Shown here piece after piece: positions 9,350 to 17,554 of a stretch of 45,978 bases of DNA. The stretch comes from Candidatus Micrarchaeota archaeon (GTDB lineage: Archaea; Micrarchaeota; Micrarchaeia; Anstonellales; Bilamarchaeaceae), in NCBI GenBank assembly GCA_043816005.1, contig JBDRIM010000061.1:1-45978 (forward strand). Direction: 5' to 3'. The position numbers and the translations under genes are program-made. Below the pieces are notes generated by a model. That model was given only the letters and a program-made list of their open reading frames with translations. It was not told the origin of the DNA and did no database searches. Numbering within the stretch: the stretch's first letter is position 1; every line of letters starts with the position of its first letter.

Positions 9350-10348
9350 ATGGCTCATGCTACTAAATCTTTATATTCAGCAGTAAATGATAGACGATCG
9401 GTTAGAAATTTTCAAGGTAGATCAATAGAACCAGATAAAGTAGCAGTGATGATAGAAGCTGCACAAAGAGCACCATTTTCAGAAACACCATACCGAATTG
9501 TAGCTGTTAAGAATAGAGAAAGAAAACTAGCATTGTGTAATGCAGCACTTGGACAACCATGGGTCAAAAGGGCAGATGTTGATTTTGTAGTCTTAGCTAC
9601 TAGCTCTGGTGTACCTGGCGTAATGAGCACTGCTGCAGCAACTGCTTATATGGATATTGCAGCCCACGCATTGGGATTAGGAAGTGTTTGGGTTGGGGCA
9701 TTTTATCCTGATCAAGTTGGTAGAATTGTTGATGCAGAAAAAAATGAAATTCCAGTTGCAATTCTATGTTGTGGTTATCCCGATCCAAGAGCAAGAGAGA
9801 TGAAAACTCCAAGAAGAAATCTTAGTGATCTTATTGCAGTCATTGATTCTTCAGACCAGATAAAAAGATATCAAGGTATACCAGATCAATCACTTGGAAG
9901 TATGCCATTTTTCGATGTTGTTGCTAGACGAAGAGCAGCAACATTATTACAGAGAACAGAAATTGAACCAGGTAAAATACATAGAATTTTAGAAGTAGCA
10001 AATAGAGCACCATCAGCAGGAAATTTACAAGCTTATGACCTTCTTTTATTGGATCCTGCATGGGAAAGTGAAGGATTAATGGACAATATAACAGATGGGA
10101 CAAGTGCTGGTGCAGAATTAATTATTTTTGCAAACAGAATGAGATCTGCTGGAAAATATGGGGAACGAGGAGCGTATCTTTATTGTTTACAAGACGCAAC
10201 AATTGCAGCAGCTTATGCTGAACTTGCTGCTCAGGATGTTGGACTTAGTACAAGATGGAATACTGGATTTGATGCAGATATGCTTATGGATATTGTTCAA
10301 CCAAGCCAACACCACTTACCAATTGCTATTTTATCAATTAGCAAATGA
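9350..10348 (+). CDS. Tandem two-domain nitroreductase-family protein
   Basis: RRSVRNF..AAQRAP..GLGSVWVG in domain 1; RRRA..ANRAPSAGNLQ..GLSTRW in domain 2. Confidence 0.9.
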   Translation: MAHATKSLYSAVNDRRSVRNFQGRSIEPDKVAVMIEAAQRAPFSETPYRIVAVKNRERKLALCNAALGQPWVKRADVDFVVLATSSGVPGVMSTAAATAYMDIAAHALGLGSVWVGAFYPDQVGRIVDAEKNEIPVAILCCGYPDPRAREMKTPRRNLSDLIAVIDSSDQIKRYQGIPDQSLGSMPFFDVVARRRAATLLQRTEIEPGKIHRILEVANRAPSAGNLQAYDLLLLDPAWESEGLMDNITDGTSAGAELIIFANRMRSAGKYGERGAYLYCLQDATIAAAYAELAAQDVGLSTRWNTGFDADMLMDIVQPSQHHLPIAILSISK

Positions 10349-10375
10349 TTTTATACACAATTTACCATAATATTG

Positions 10376-10689
10376 ATGAGTGAGGGGTAGATAGCCAACG
10401 TTTTTTAGTAATAAAAAATGAGGAAGTTCTGCCCTCTATGAGGATAACTGAAGTGAACCTTTGTTCATTACAAGCCGACCTAGTCGGCTCTGGCTTTAAG
10501 GGCTAGAGAGTGCTACAGAAACGATACCCTTCGGGGATGCAACGCGTACTCTTTTATCCGATGACGGAGCAAGGCCTTTGTGCCGCGTTCTAAAATTCGC
10601 AAGAATTTTGGAAACTTTTGGACGAGTAATCGACCAATTGTAAGTCAAATGCTATCAAATACAAAAGGCAGACTATTCCCCTCACTCGC
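10376..10689 (+). ncRNA. rnpB: RNase P RNA
   Basis: P1 GAGTGAGGGG/CCCCTCACTC; P2 GATAGC/GCTATC; CR-I GAGGAAGTTCTGCC pairing with CR-V ACAAAAGGCAGAC; also ACAGAAAC and GAGCAAG conserved elements. Confidence 0.93.
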
Positions 10690-10733
10690 ACCTTTTTAGG
10701 AAACAGATGCGTCCAAAAACTTGTTAGTTAAAA

Positions 10734-11666
10734 TCATCTAAACGGCCTTGTATTTCTCCTAAGTGGTTTCATCCCAGAAAGAGAATTGAGAGAATCTTCA
10801 ATTGGTTCAAGTTCTTTTGGATCCATAACAGCGCACATATCAGCTTCAATCAGAACAGCAGGATATGCAAAATTTTCACTGAAAGCTGAGAGACTACAGA
10901 TGATAGATGCCACAGTATCTATTTCTGTTGATGTTGTTTCAATTCGAAGCGGAAGATCAAATTTTGATGGTTTAACATAGAAAACCGAAATGTCACGTTC
11001 TTTATCAGAATACGGCATTGTATTTGTCCGTTCTAATTCTCCAAGCAAAAAATTACAAAAAATGCCGTCAGAACAATTAAGTCCGAATTCTTTTGTAAGT
11101 TTTTTAGAACGTGAATCTTTTATCACACCAATTAACATACAGTTTCCTTTTGAAAGATCATATAATTTTGTATAAAGTGTGAGCACTTCAGTATAGACCA
11201 CGTTAAGCTCGCTTTCTTCTGGTGGACGATCAGAGGGTAATGGAAGAAGAGAACCATCCATCAACAAAACTTGCGGAGAAAATTTTTCTAAACAGGAGAT
11301 GGCACATTGTAATTCCTCTTTCAATCTGATTAATGAACGAAAAACTAATGCTTCATGTTCATCTAAAGAACTTTTCATAAAAATTTCTGATTTTGGATTT
11401 TTTTCTGGCCAATATGAACAGGATTTAAGAGTGGAATTAGAATAAATAAAATTTACACCAACCGCCCTTACTACGACGATATCAGCACCATGCATCCTAT
11501 GTGCAAGAAGCCCGCCATCAACTGCACAAACAGAAAGATCAATTTTGGTTGTGTTAACTGGATATACCAAAGAGGAATTAGAGATTTTGATTTGTTTTGT
11601 TTTGTTTTGGAGTAAATTGTAGCTTTCTTTAATTTCTTTTGCAAGTGCACCAATCCGTTCTCTCAT
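10734..11666 (-). CDS. nurA: NurA nuclease (double-strand break repair)
   Basis: AVDGG, LLMDGSL, GVIKDS and C-terminal YPAVLIEAD..A motifs. Confidence 0.88.
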   Translation of the reverse strand: MRERIGALAKEIKESYNLLQNKTKQIKISNSSLVYPVNTTKIDLSVCAVDGGLLAHRMHGADIVVVRAVGVNFIYSNSTLKSCSYWPEKNPKSEIFMKSSLDEHEALVFRSLIRLKEELQCAISCLEKFSPQVLLMDGSLLPLPSDRPPEESELNVVYTEVLTLYTKLYDLSKGNCMLIGVIKDSRSKKLTKEFGLNCSDGIFCNFLLGELERTNTMPYSDKERDISVFYVKPSKFDLPLRIETTSTEIDTVASIICSLSAFSENFAYPAVLIEADMCAVMDPKELEPIEDSLNSLSGMKPLRRNTRPFR

Positions 11667-11882
11667 ACAACAGAATAGGAAGTTGTATAATTAAATTATT
11701 CCTGTAAATAACAAAAACAAAATTAAAAAAATCGAAGAAATCTGGACTTAAGACAAACAGATGTTCAGATCCCGAATATCTAATAAAAACCGCCCCTCTG
11801 GTTTTTGGTTGATGTTTTTGTTAATTTTTGTTTCGGTTGCCAGAAGAAAAACATATTTTAAGTCTGTGTAAGATAGAATAAT

Positions 11883-12395
11883 ATGATCCTTTCTGATAGA
11901 GACATAAAGAGAATGCTCAGGAACAACGAAATAGAAATAACCCCGCTTGAAAAGGACCAGATTGGGCCGGCAAGCATAGACCTTACACTCGGCGAAGAAT
12001 GGTATTTTTTTAAAAAATCAATTCGTGGAAAAGTTGATTTATCAAAAACGGGTTTTGAGAAAGCGTTTGATAGAAAAAATGCCAAAACAATAACACTGAA
12101 ACCAGGTGAAATGTGTCTTGGAAAAACAATTGAAAAGATAAAATTGCCTGCTCATATTATGGGAAAATTAGAAGGGAGAAGTAGATTTGCACGAATGGGA
12201 CTTATCATACACACAACAAGTGCGTTAGTACAGCCAGGAAGCAACAACCGCCAGGTTTTAGAGATTGTAAATTTGGCGCCATTTCCAATAGTTTTACATG
12301 CTGGGATGAGAGTTTCGCAGGTTGTTCTTGAGTTGCTTAAAAGTCCAACAACAAAACCTTATGCAAAATTCGGGGAAATAGCTAAGAATCAGTGA
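11883..12395 (+). CDS. dcd: dCTP deaminase
   Basis: ILSDRDI, QIGPASIDLTL, GRSRFARMGL, LEIVN, RVSQ. Confidence 0.93.
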   Translation: MILSDRDIKRMLRNNEIEITPLEKDQIGPASIDLTLGEEWYFFKKSIRGKVDLSKTGFEKAFDRKNAKTITLKPGEMCLGKTIEKIKLPAHIMGKLEGRSRFARMGLIIHTTSALVQPGSNNRQVLEIVNLAPFPIVLHAGMRVSQVVLELLKSPTTKPYAKFGEIAKNQ

Positions 12396-12399
12396 AATT

Positions 12400-13005
12400 A
12401 TGAAATTGAGTATAGTTCATATTACAGTAATAACTGTGTTGGTACTCCTAGTTCTTGCTGTTCTAAGTTACAAACCAATGTTTGACAATCCAAAAACCGT
12501 CTTTATAGAGGAACCAATTCAGAAAAACAAGGAGATACAATTGTTACCTGGTCAACAGTATATTTATTCATATATGCTAAATGACAGTCAAATAAACATG
12601 ACATATAATGTCTTATACGATCCAACTTGTGTAAGAATACGATTATTGGAAAGTAAAGATATATCCGAGAGTTGTTTGGATAGATGGGGGATGGATAGCC
12701 AGGGATATAATTCCACCTTAGAGAATGATAAGATGATACTTTTCAAGCCATGGATGCTTGCTTTGGAAGAAGGCTGGCGATGGAAAGTTGCTATGTATTT
12801 GGACTATAATGGAGTACTGCATCATATTTCAGAATCCAACTATCGGGTGATTAGAACAGATGAATACATGAATAGAACTGTATTTATTGTTGAGATAACT
12901 TCGCAGGGTGGAGTAAAAGAATATCAGTGGATTGATACAGAAAAGAGAATAGCTTTGAAAATAGCTGGCACTGGATATGAAGTTATTTTAATCGAACAAA
13001 GTTAG
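12400..13005 (+). CDS. Membrane-anchored or exported hypothetical protein
   Basis: N-terminal hydrophobic helix followed by a polar, beta-like domain. Confidence 0.7.
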   Translation: MKLSIVHITVITVLVLLVLAVLSYKPMFDNPKTVFIEEPIQKNKEIQLLPGQQYIYSYMLNDSQINMTYNVLYDPTCVRIRLLESKDISESCLDRWGMDSQGYNSTLENDKMILFKPWMLALEEGWRWKVAMYLDYNGVLHHISESNYRVIRTDEYMNRTVFIVEITSQGGVKEYQWIDTEKRIALKIAGTGYEVILIEQS

Positions 13006-13166
13006 ACAACTTTAAGCGGAATCACGTTCTGTTCAAGCTCCTGCTCTGCAACTTGAACAAATGATGCCGAATCGCTGCTAACTTTTATCAACGGTGGGGC
13101 ACCCATTGAAAGTTGAAGGGCACGTGCACCAATTAATCTTGCGATTTCATATTTAGTCAGTTCCAT
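13002..13166 (-). CDS. rpoK: RNA polymerase subunit Rpo6/K (not in the ORF track)
   Basis: Manual translation MELTKYEIARLIGARALQLSMGAPPLIKVSSDSASFVQVAEQELEQNVIPLKVV*; GGTGA RBS upstream. Confidence 0.95.
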   Translation of the reverse strand: MELTKYEIARLIGARALQLSMGAPPLIKVSSDSASFVQVAEQELEQNVIPLKVV

Positions 13167-13201
13167 AGTTAAAGTCACCAAAATGCGTGGGATATTATAG
13201 T

Positions 13202-14389
13202 TTACAAAACAATATAAACATTGCTTTTTTTAGCAAGAGTAAGTGCAGTCTCGCCACCAGCAAAATTAAAGGCCTTGGCAATACCAGAAACAATCTTTAT
13301 TCTCATCCCTGTCTTAATCTCACTACCCCTACCATCAAATAGATACACTACACCTTCATTTCCGATTTCATCATTAATAATAATCCTCATCAAAGATGCT
13401 TTTTGTTTTTTTGTTTTTTGATATTCCATTGTTTCTACGTGTTTTACAATAAGCATATCAGTATTGATATTACGCATGCCAGATTTGATTTTGGTTATAT
13501 TTGTGATTTTCAATTCTTTGAACGTTCTTCTAGCCATTTTGAATGCTTGAAGGATTTCGCGTCTGGCCTCATTCACCATGTGCTCCATTTCTTGCTTCAT
13601 GATAGACTCGTCACCGCCAGAAAGCATCATGGTTTCATATGCTTTTTTGAAGAAGGTATCTGGAAGATGAGTGATTTCTTCTCTTTCTTTGAGTTCCTCC
13701 ATTTCGTTTGATTCAAGAGTTGCGATTTCTGCTGATACATTGATAAGTTCAGTTTTTTTACCTACTTCACTCAGTTCACCTGATATTTCATCCCCTATAT
13801 TTACCTCAGTTGTAAGTATACGCTCTTCAGGCCTAACGATGATTGGTTTTGATTGAGAAAGAGTTGGAACACTGCCGATTTGGTCAAGATCTGACATCAC
13901 TTCAAGATAGCTTGTCAGAAATTCTTGCATAACTTTGCGGCCAGCTTCCTCGGTCTTTTTTTTGCTGCCATATTGCTGGTGTGCCTTGAGATAAATCTTT
14001 TCTATAGTTGGCATCATCTTGCTTTTTGCAACTTCTGCCCTTTCCTTACCAAGACGCTTTTCAAAAATCTGAGTGATAGGTTTGAGCATCTTTTCTTTTG
14101 TTTCGGTTGAGATCTCTTCCATTTTATCTTCATTAGATTTTTCACTTTCAGATGAGAATATTTTGGCAAACGACATCAGTTCTGGTTCTGTTTGTTTTTT
14201 CTTCTCAAGATATTGCTGTGCAAGCACTCTTACGGATGGATCTTTATCATAACTAAGTTCTACCAAAGCAAAAACTGCTGCAGGGTCATTCACTTCACCT
14301 AAAGATTTGGCTGCGCGCTTTCTGACTTCTGGTTTTTCATCGAATGTGAGGGAAACAAGTTTGTTAATATTTGCAGTAACCGAGTCCAT
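13202..14389 (-). CDS. HEAT-repeat protein with probable C-terminal OB-fold
   Basis: HEAT repeats DEKPEVRKRAAKSLGE and DKDPSVRVLA. C-terminus IINDEIGNEGVVYLFD..IKTGMRIKI resembles RPA/SSB OB folds. Confidence 0.65.
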   Translation of the reverse strand: MDSVTANINKLVSLTFDEKPEVRKRAAKSLGEVNDPAAVFALVELSYDKDPSVRVLAQQYLEKKKQTEPELMSFAKIFSSESEKSNEDKMEEISTETKEKMLKPITQIFEKRLGKERAEVAKSKMMPTIEKIYLKAHQQYGSKKKTEEAGRKVMQEFLTSYLEVMSDLDQIGSVPTLSQSKPIIVRPEERILTTEVNIGDEISGELSEVGKKTELINVSAEIATLESNEMEELKEREEITHLPDTFFKKAYETMMLSGGDESIMKQEMEHMVNEARREILQAFKMARRTFKELKITNITKIKSGMRNINTDMLIVKHVETMEYQKTKKQKASLMRIIINDEIGNEGVVYLFDGRGSEIKTGMRIKIVSGIAKAFNFAGGETALTLAKKSNVYIVL

Positions 14390-14418
14390 GACGATACCCT
14401 ATTTTAATCCATGTTAAA

Positions 14419-15489
14419 CTATTTAATGATTGTTTCTATTCCATCTAAGCACTTTTCAATCCAACTCATTTCAAAATTGCCCATATGTGCTATCCTAAGA
14501 CCATTGTCTTGATAAACTCCTCTAGCACCGACGATTTTTATTTCGTAGTCAGATACTAATTTTGATTTGATCAATTTTGCCTGTTCGGGAGTATTACATA
14601 CGAAACCAGTAACAGTATTTGATTCAAAACCGTTTTCTGCAATGATTTTGAAGCCCATTTCGGTTAGACGTTTTCGCGTATATAATGCAGCATCATTATG
14701 CCGTTTTACGGTGGCATGCAAACCACCATTTCTATCAAGAATATCAAATGCTTTTTGCAGTGCCCAAAACAAAGTAATTGCCGGCGTATTTGGAGTCTGC
14801 TGGTCTTTTTCATATCTTTTCTTGTGCCTTTTCAGATCCATATAGTACGAGGGTGTGTTTGTTCGTTTAGAAAAAACTTCAACTGCTTCTTGACTTAAAC
14901 CTAGAAGTGCCATTCCAGGGGGGGCACCAATGCCTTTTTGACTTCCTGTGACAAAACCATCAACATGAAATTCTTTCATATTAAACTCAGTGCCTGGCCA
15001 GGCTGATATACCATCGATTATGGTTAGCATTCCTTTTGATTTTGCATACTTGCAAATTTCTTTTATTTGATTTTTTACACCGTAACCAGTCTCGTTGTAG
15101 ACCATTGCTAGAACTTGGGCTTTGCTATCATCAATATGTTGTTTTGCTCTTTCAAGATTCCATCCTTTTCCACCATCAAGTTGATGTGGTATGGTAGTCG
15201 AATATATGCTAAGTGTAGTAACAAGATGATTGCCAAACTCTCCATTTGGAAAACTAACTGTTTTTTCTGATTTTTCACATAAATTTAATGCTAAAGTTTC
15301 TAGACCTAAGGCACCAGATCCAGTAATTATATAGGATTCTTGGGAGTGGAGATATTTTTTCAACCTTTCAACAAGATCTCCGTAGAGTTTTGTAAAATCA
15401 CTGCTTCTGTGAGTTATCATTTCTTTTGTTTGTGCTTTTGAAATTTCATCCAAAAGAGGTACCGGACCTGGAGCTAAAAGTATTCCCAT
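14419..15489 (-). CDS. Class V PLP aminotransferase (serine-pyruvate/alanine-glyoxylate family)
   Basis: PGPV, HRS, NETG, DGIS, GSQKG.GAPPG, TPNTP, RIAHMG. ATG 15489 follows GGTGA. Confidence 0.92.
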   Translation of the reverse strand: MGILLAPGPVPLLDEISKAQTKEMITHRSSDFTKLYGDLVERLKKYLHSQESYIITGSGALGLETLALNLCEKSEKTVSFPNGEFGNHLVTTLSIYSTTIPHQLDGGKGWNLERAKQHIDDSKAQVLAMVYNETGYGVKNQIKEICKYAKSKGMLTIIDGISAWPGTEFNMKEFHVDGFVTGSQKGIGAPPGMALLGLSQEAVEVFSKRTNTPSYYMDLKRHKKRYEKDQQTPNTPAITLFWALQKAFDILDRNGGLHATVKRHNDAALYTRKRLTEMGFKIIAENGFESNTVTGFVCNTPEQAKLIKSKLVSDYEIKIVGARGVYQDNGLRIAHMGNFEMSWIEKCLDGIETIIK

Positions 15490-15610
15490 AATTTCACCAA
15501 ATAGTAAATTCAATTTGGAAAGGAAAATTATAAAGCTATGGCATTTTTGAGCTAGATAGTTAAAAACAATTGTATATATGATTTAGAATTAGAAAAAATG
15601 GTGAATTTTT

Positions 15611-15922
15611 ATGACAAATGAAAAAAGCGAACCAGAAGTAATTGTTTATTCCACACAAACATGTCCCTATTGCGTCAGAGCAAAGGAATATTTGACAGCC
15701 AAAGGAATAAAATATAAAGATTATGATGTTTCCATAGATAGGCAAAAGGCCAAAGAAATGGTAGATGCAAGCGGACAAATGGGTGTTCCTGTTCTACAGA
15801 TTAATGGTCGGATAATTGTCGGATTTAACGTACCATTGATTAACGATGCTTTAAGTAAAAAACCACTCAGGAAAAGAGAGGACGTTATTGGAAATATTGT
15901 ATTCGATCCATTTAGTCAATAA
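15611..15922 (+). CDS. Glutaredoxin/NrdH-like redoxin
   Basis: CPYC active site and GQMGVPV. Confidence 0.92.
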   Translation: MTNEKSEPEVIVYSTQTCPYCVRAKEYLTAKGIKYKDYDVSIDRQKAKEMVDASGQMGVPVLQINGRIIVGFNVPLINDALSKKPLRKREDVIGNIVFDPFSQ

Positions 15923-15925
15923 CAC

Positions 15926-16720
15926 CTAGTAGATTACGATGACTGGTTCGTAATATTTTCTTACATTTCCACCATAAACCCGTGCCTCAAGCATTCTCTG
16001 AAGCTCTGATTGTGCTTCTTCTTTTGTTCTGTTAAGCCAACCAAGTTTCATATTGAGCCGAATGATTCGACCCGGTATTAAATGGCGAGTTGATTTTGGT
16101 GGGAATGGAGTGTGTGCTTTTGCTGTTTTAATTATTTCTTCCTTTGTATAGGATCTTCTGATAAAAAGTGAATTGTTAAGCTCGGTTACTTTTGCTACTT
16201 CTTCTTCAGGGATGTAATCTATGAGCCCTCTTTCCAGTAGAGAAAGAATGTAATTTTGTTCTTCGACCATTTCCATTAGTTTGTAATCCCCCGGATTGAT
16301 AAGATAGCATTCTTCTTTCCAAGTAAGCATGAATGGTGCTTTGAGTTTCTCGATAGCATCCTTTCCTGTTTTATAATCAACTTTTTCATATTTCAATGAA
16401 TCTAATTTGAAAATTTGTTCTGGTTTTAATGTTACTGCCGGATACCAAGTGCCGACTTTTATTTCATCGCTCATATAGTCAATAATTTGACAGGCAGCAT
16501 GCTGACATTCTATAATTTCAAGGACTTTGAGCCTATGATTACCATCTAGAACAAGTCCGGTTTTATCATCTATTACTAGAGGATCAACAAGATGTCCAAT
16601 GTTTAGCATTGCTTCTTTGAGTTTTTTAAGATTTTGAGAAATAACCTGTTCGTGGGAAAGAAGCATTTTGACTTCTCTTATTTCTAGGCTCTTTAGCATC
16701 TCATCTACTAGTGTACCCAT
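15926..16720 (-). CDS. serK: ParB/Srx-fold protein, SerK-like ADP-dependent free-serine kinase
   Basis: HEQ, LDGNHR, IDY..KVGTWYP and PPKSTRH, matching the motif order of Thermococcales SerK as recalled. Confidence 0.75.
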   Translation of the reverse strand: MGTLVDEMLKSLEIREVKMLLSHEQVISQNLKKLKEAMLNIGHLVDPLVIDDKTGLVLDGNHRLKVLEIIECQHAACQIIDYMSDEIKVGTWYPAVTLKPEQIFKLDSLKYEKVDYKTGKDAIEKLKAPFMLTWKEECYLINPGDYKLMEMVEEQNYILSLLERGLIDYIPEEEVAKVTELNNSLFIRRSYTKEEIIKTAKAHTPFPPKSTRHLIPGRIIRLNMKLGWLNRTKEEAQSELQRMLEARVYGGNVRKYYEPVIVIY

Positions 16721-16789
16721 AATTTCACTGTGATAACATATGTTTAAAAGCTATCGGAAACTGTTACGGCAATTGCCAGGGGAATTGGT

Positions 16790-16889
16790 TTAACGAGTAA
16801 TGAGTTCGTCTTCTTTTTTCCATCAGTTTGAACTGCGGTTCAAATCTGGCAAAAATTATTCATACACCACTTCGTCTTCTTTTTTCCAT
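16790..16889 (-). repeat. Duplicated cupin 3' end with an intervening hairpin
   Basis: TTCGTCTTCTTTTTTCCAT at 16805-16823 and 16871-16889. Hairpin CAG-TTTGAAC-TGCG-GTTCAAA-T-CTG at 16824-16848. Confidence 0.9.
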
Positions 16890-17218
16890 GCTGGATCTAC
16901 AATAACTAAGAAAATAAGGTCGGTATTTCCTGTGTTTTTTATTTTTTGAGAATGCCCTGGTGGAACGTAGATGGCTTGACCAGCATAAACTTCTTTTGTT
17001 TCTCGTTCTATATACATTAGCCCTTCACCTTGAAGAATGTAGTAAACTTCAGATGTTTTAAGTTTATGATTAAATGTTGTATCACCAGGTTTGACAATTG
17101 CGTGTGCAAGACTATAACGAAGATCTAGATCATCTTTCAGTGGGTTGAATAGTTCCTTTAATTTGCAGTTATCTCCGGCAGTAATTTCCAAACAGTCTTT
17201 TAGATCTCTGATGAACAT
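16856..17218 (-). CDS. Cupin domain protein
   Basis: H..KTSEVYYILQGEG and IYVPPG..QKIKNTG cupin motifs. Confidence 0.9.
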   Translation of the reverse strand: MFIRDLKDCLEITAGDNCKLKELFNPLKDDLDLRYSLAHAIVKPGDTTFNHKLKTSEVYYILQGEGLMYIERETKEVYAGQAIYVPPGHSQKIKNTGNTDLIFLVIVDPAWKKEDEVVYE

Positions 17219-17315
17219 GAATGAGATTAGGAAGAGAAAATTATTTAGCGTGTTCCAAAATTTTTGATCATAGATTTTGCCAAAATTTACCGCAGGAAAT
17301 TTTTAGCAAAACAAA

Positions 17316-17430
17316 TGCGACCGCCGGGAATTGAACCCGGCCCGCGAGATTGGCAATCTCGAATCATACCGTTGCACGCCGTTGGCGGGCAAAAAATGGC
17401 CGCCAGGCCATAGCTATAGACTACGGTCGC
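17316..17430 (-). tRNA. tRNA-Gly(GCC) with a ~44-nt insertion or intron in the D-loop
   Basis: Acceptor GCGACCG/CGGTCGC+A; anticodon arm CGAGA-TTGCCAA-TCTCG; T arm CCGGG-TTCAATT-CCCGG; D arm GTCT..CGGTA-TGAT interrupted at ~17372-17415. CCA not encoded. Confidence 0.9.
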
Positions 17431-17554
17431 TAAAAGAAGTATGACAAAAATATACACAAAACAATAAAAACCGTGTCTTTTGCGGAAAATTAATTAGTGT
17501 CTGCGGAAATGAACTCCCGAAATTCTTTAATAATTCAAATGCCATATTGCAACC

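Noticed and set aside
10609..10720. TTTTGGACG in the RNase P insert complementary to CGTCCAAAA downstream of the RNA
   Set aside because: Only 9 bp and outside P1; cannot be distinguished from chance.
10734..11666. nurA without adjacent herA/mre11/rad50
   Set aside because: Operon break-up is common, and the partners may lie outside the window.
17473..17510. Imperfect direct repeat GTGTC(TTT)TGCGGAAA(A)T upstream of nreA
   Set aside because: Two short copies only; a possible operator, but there is no supporting evidence.
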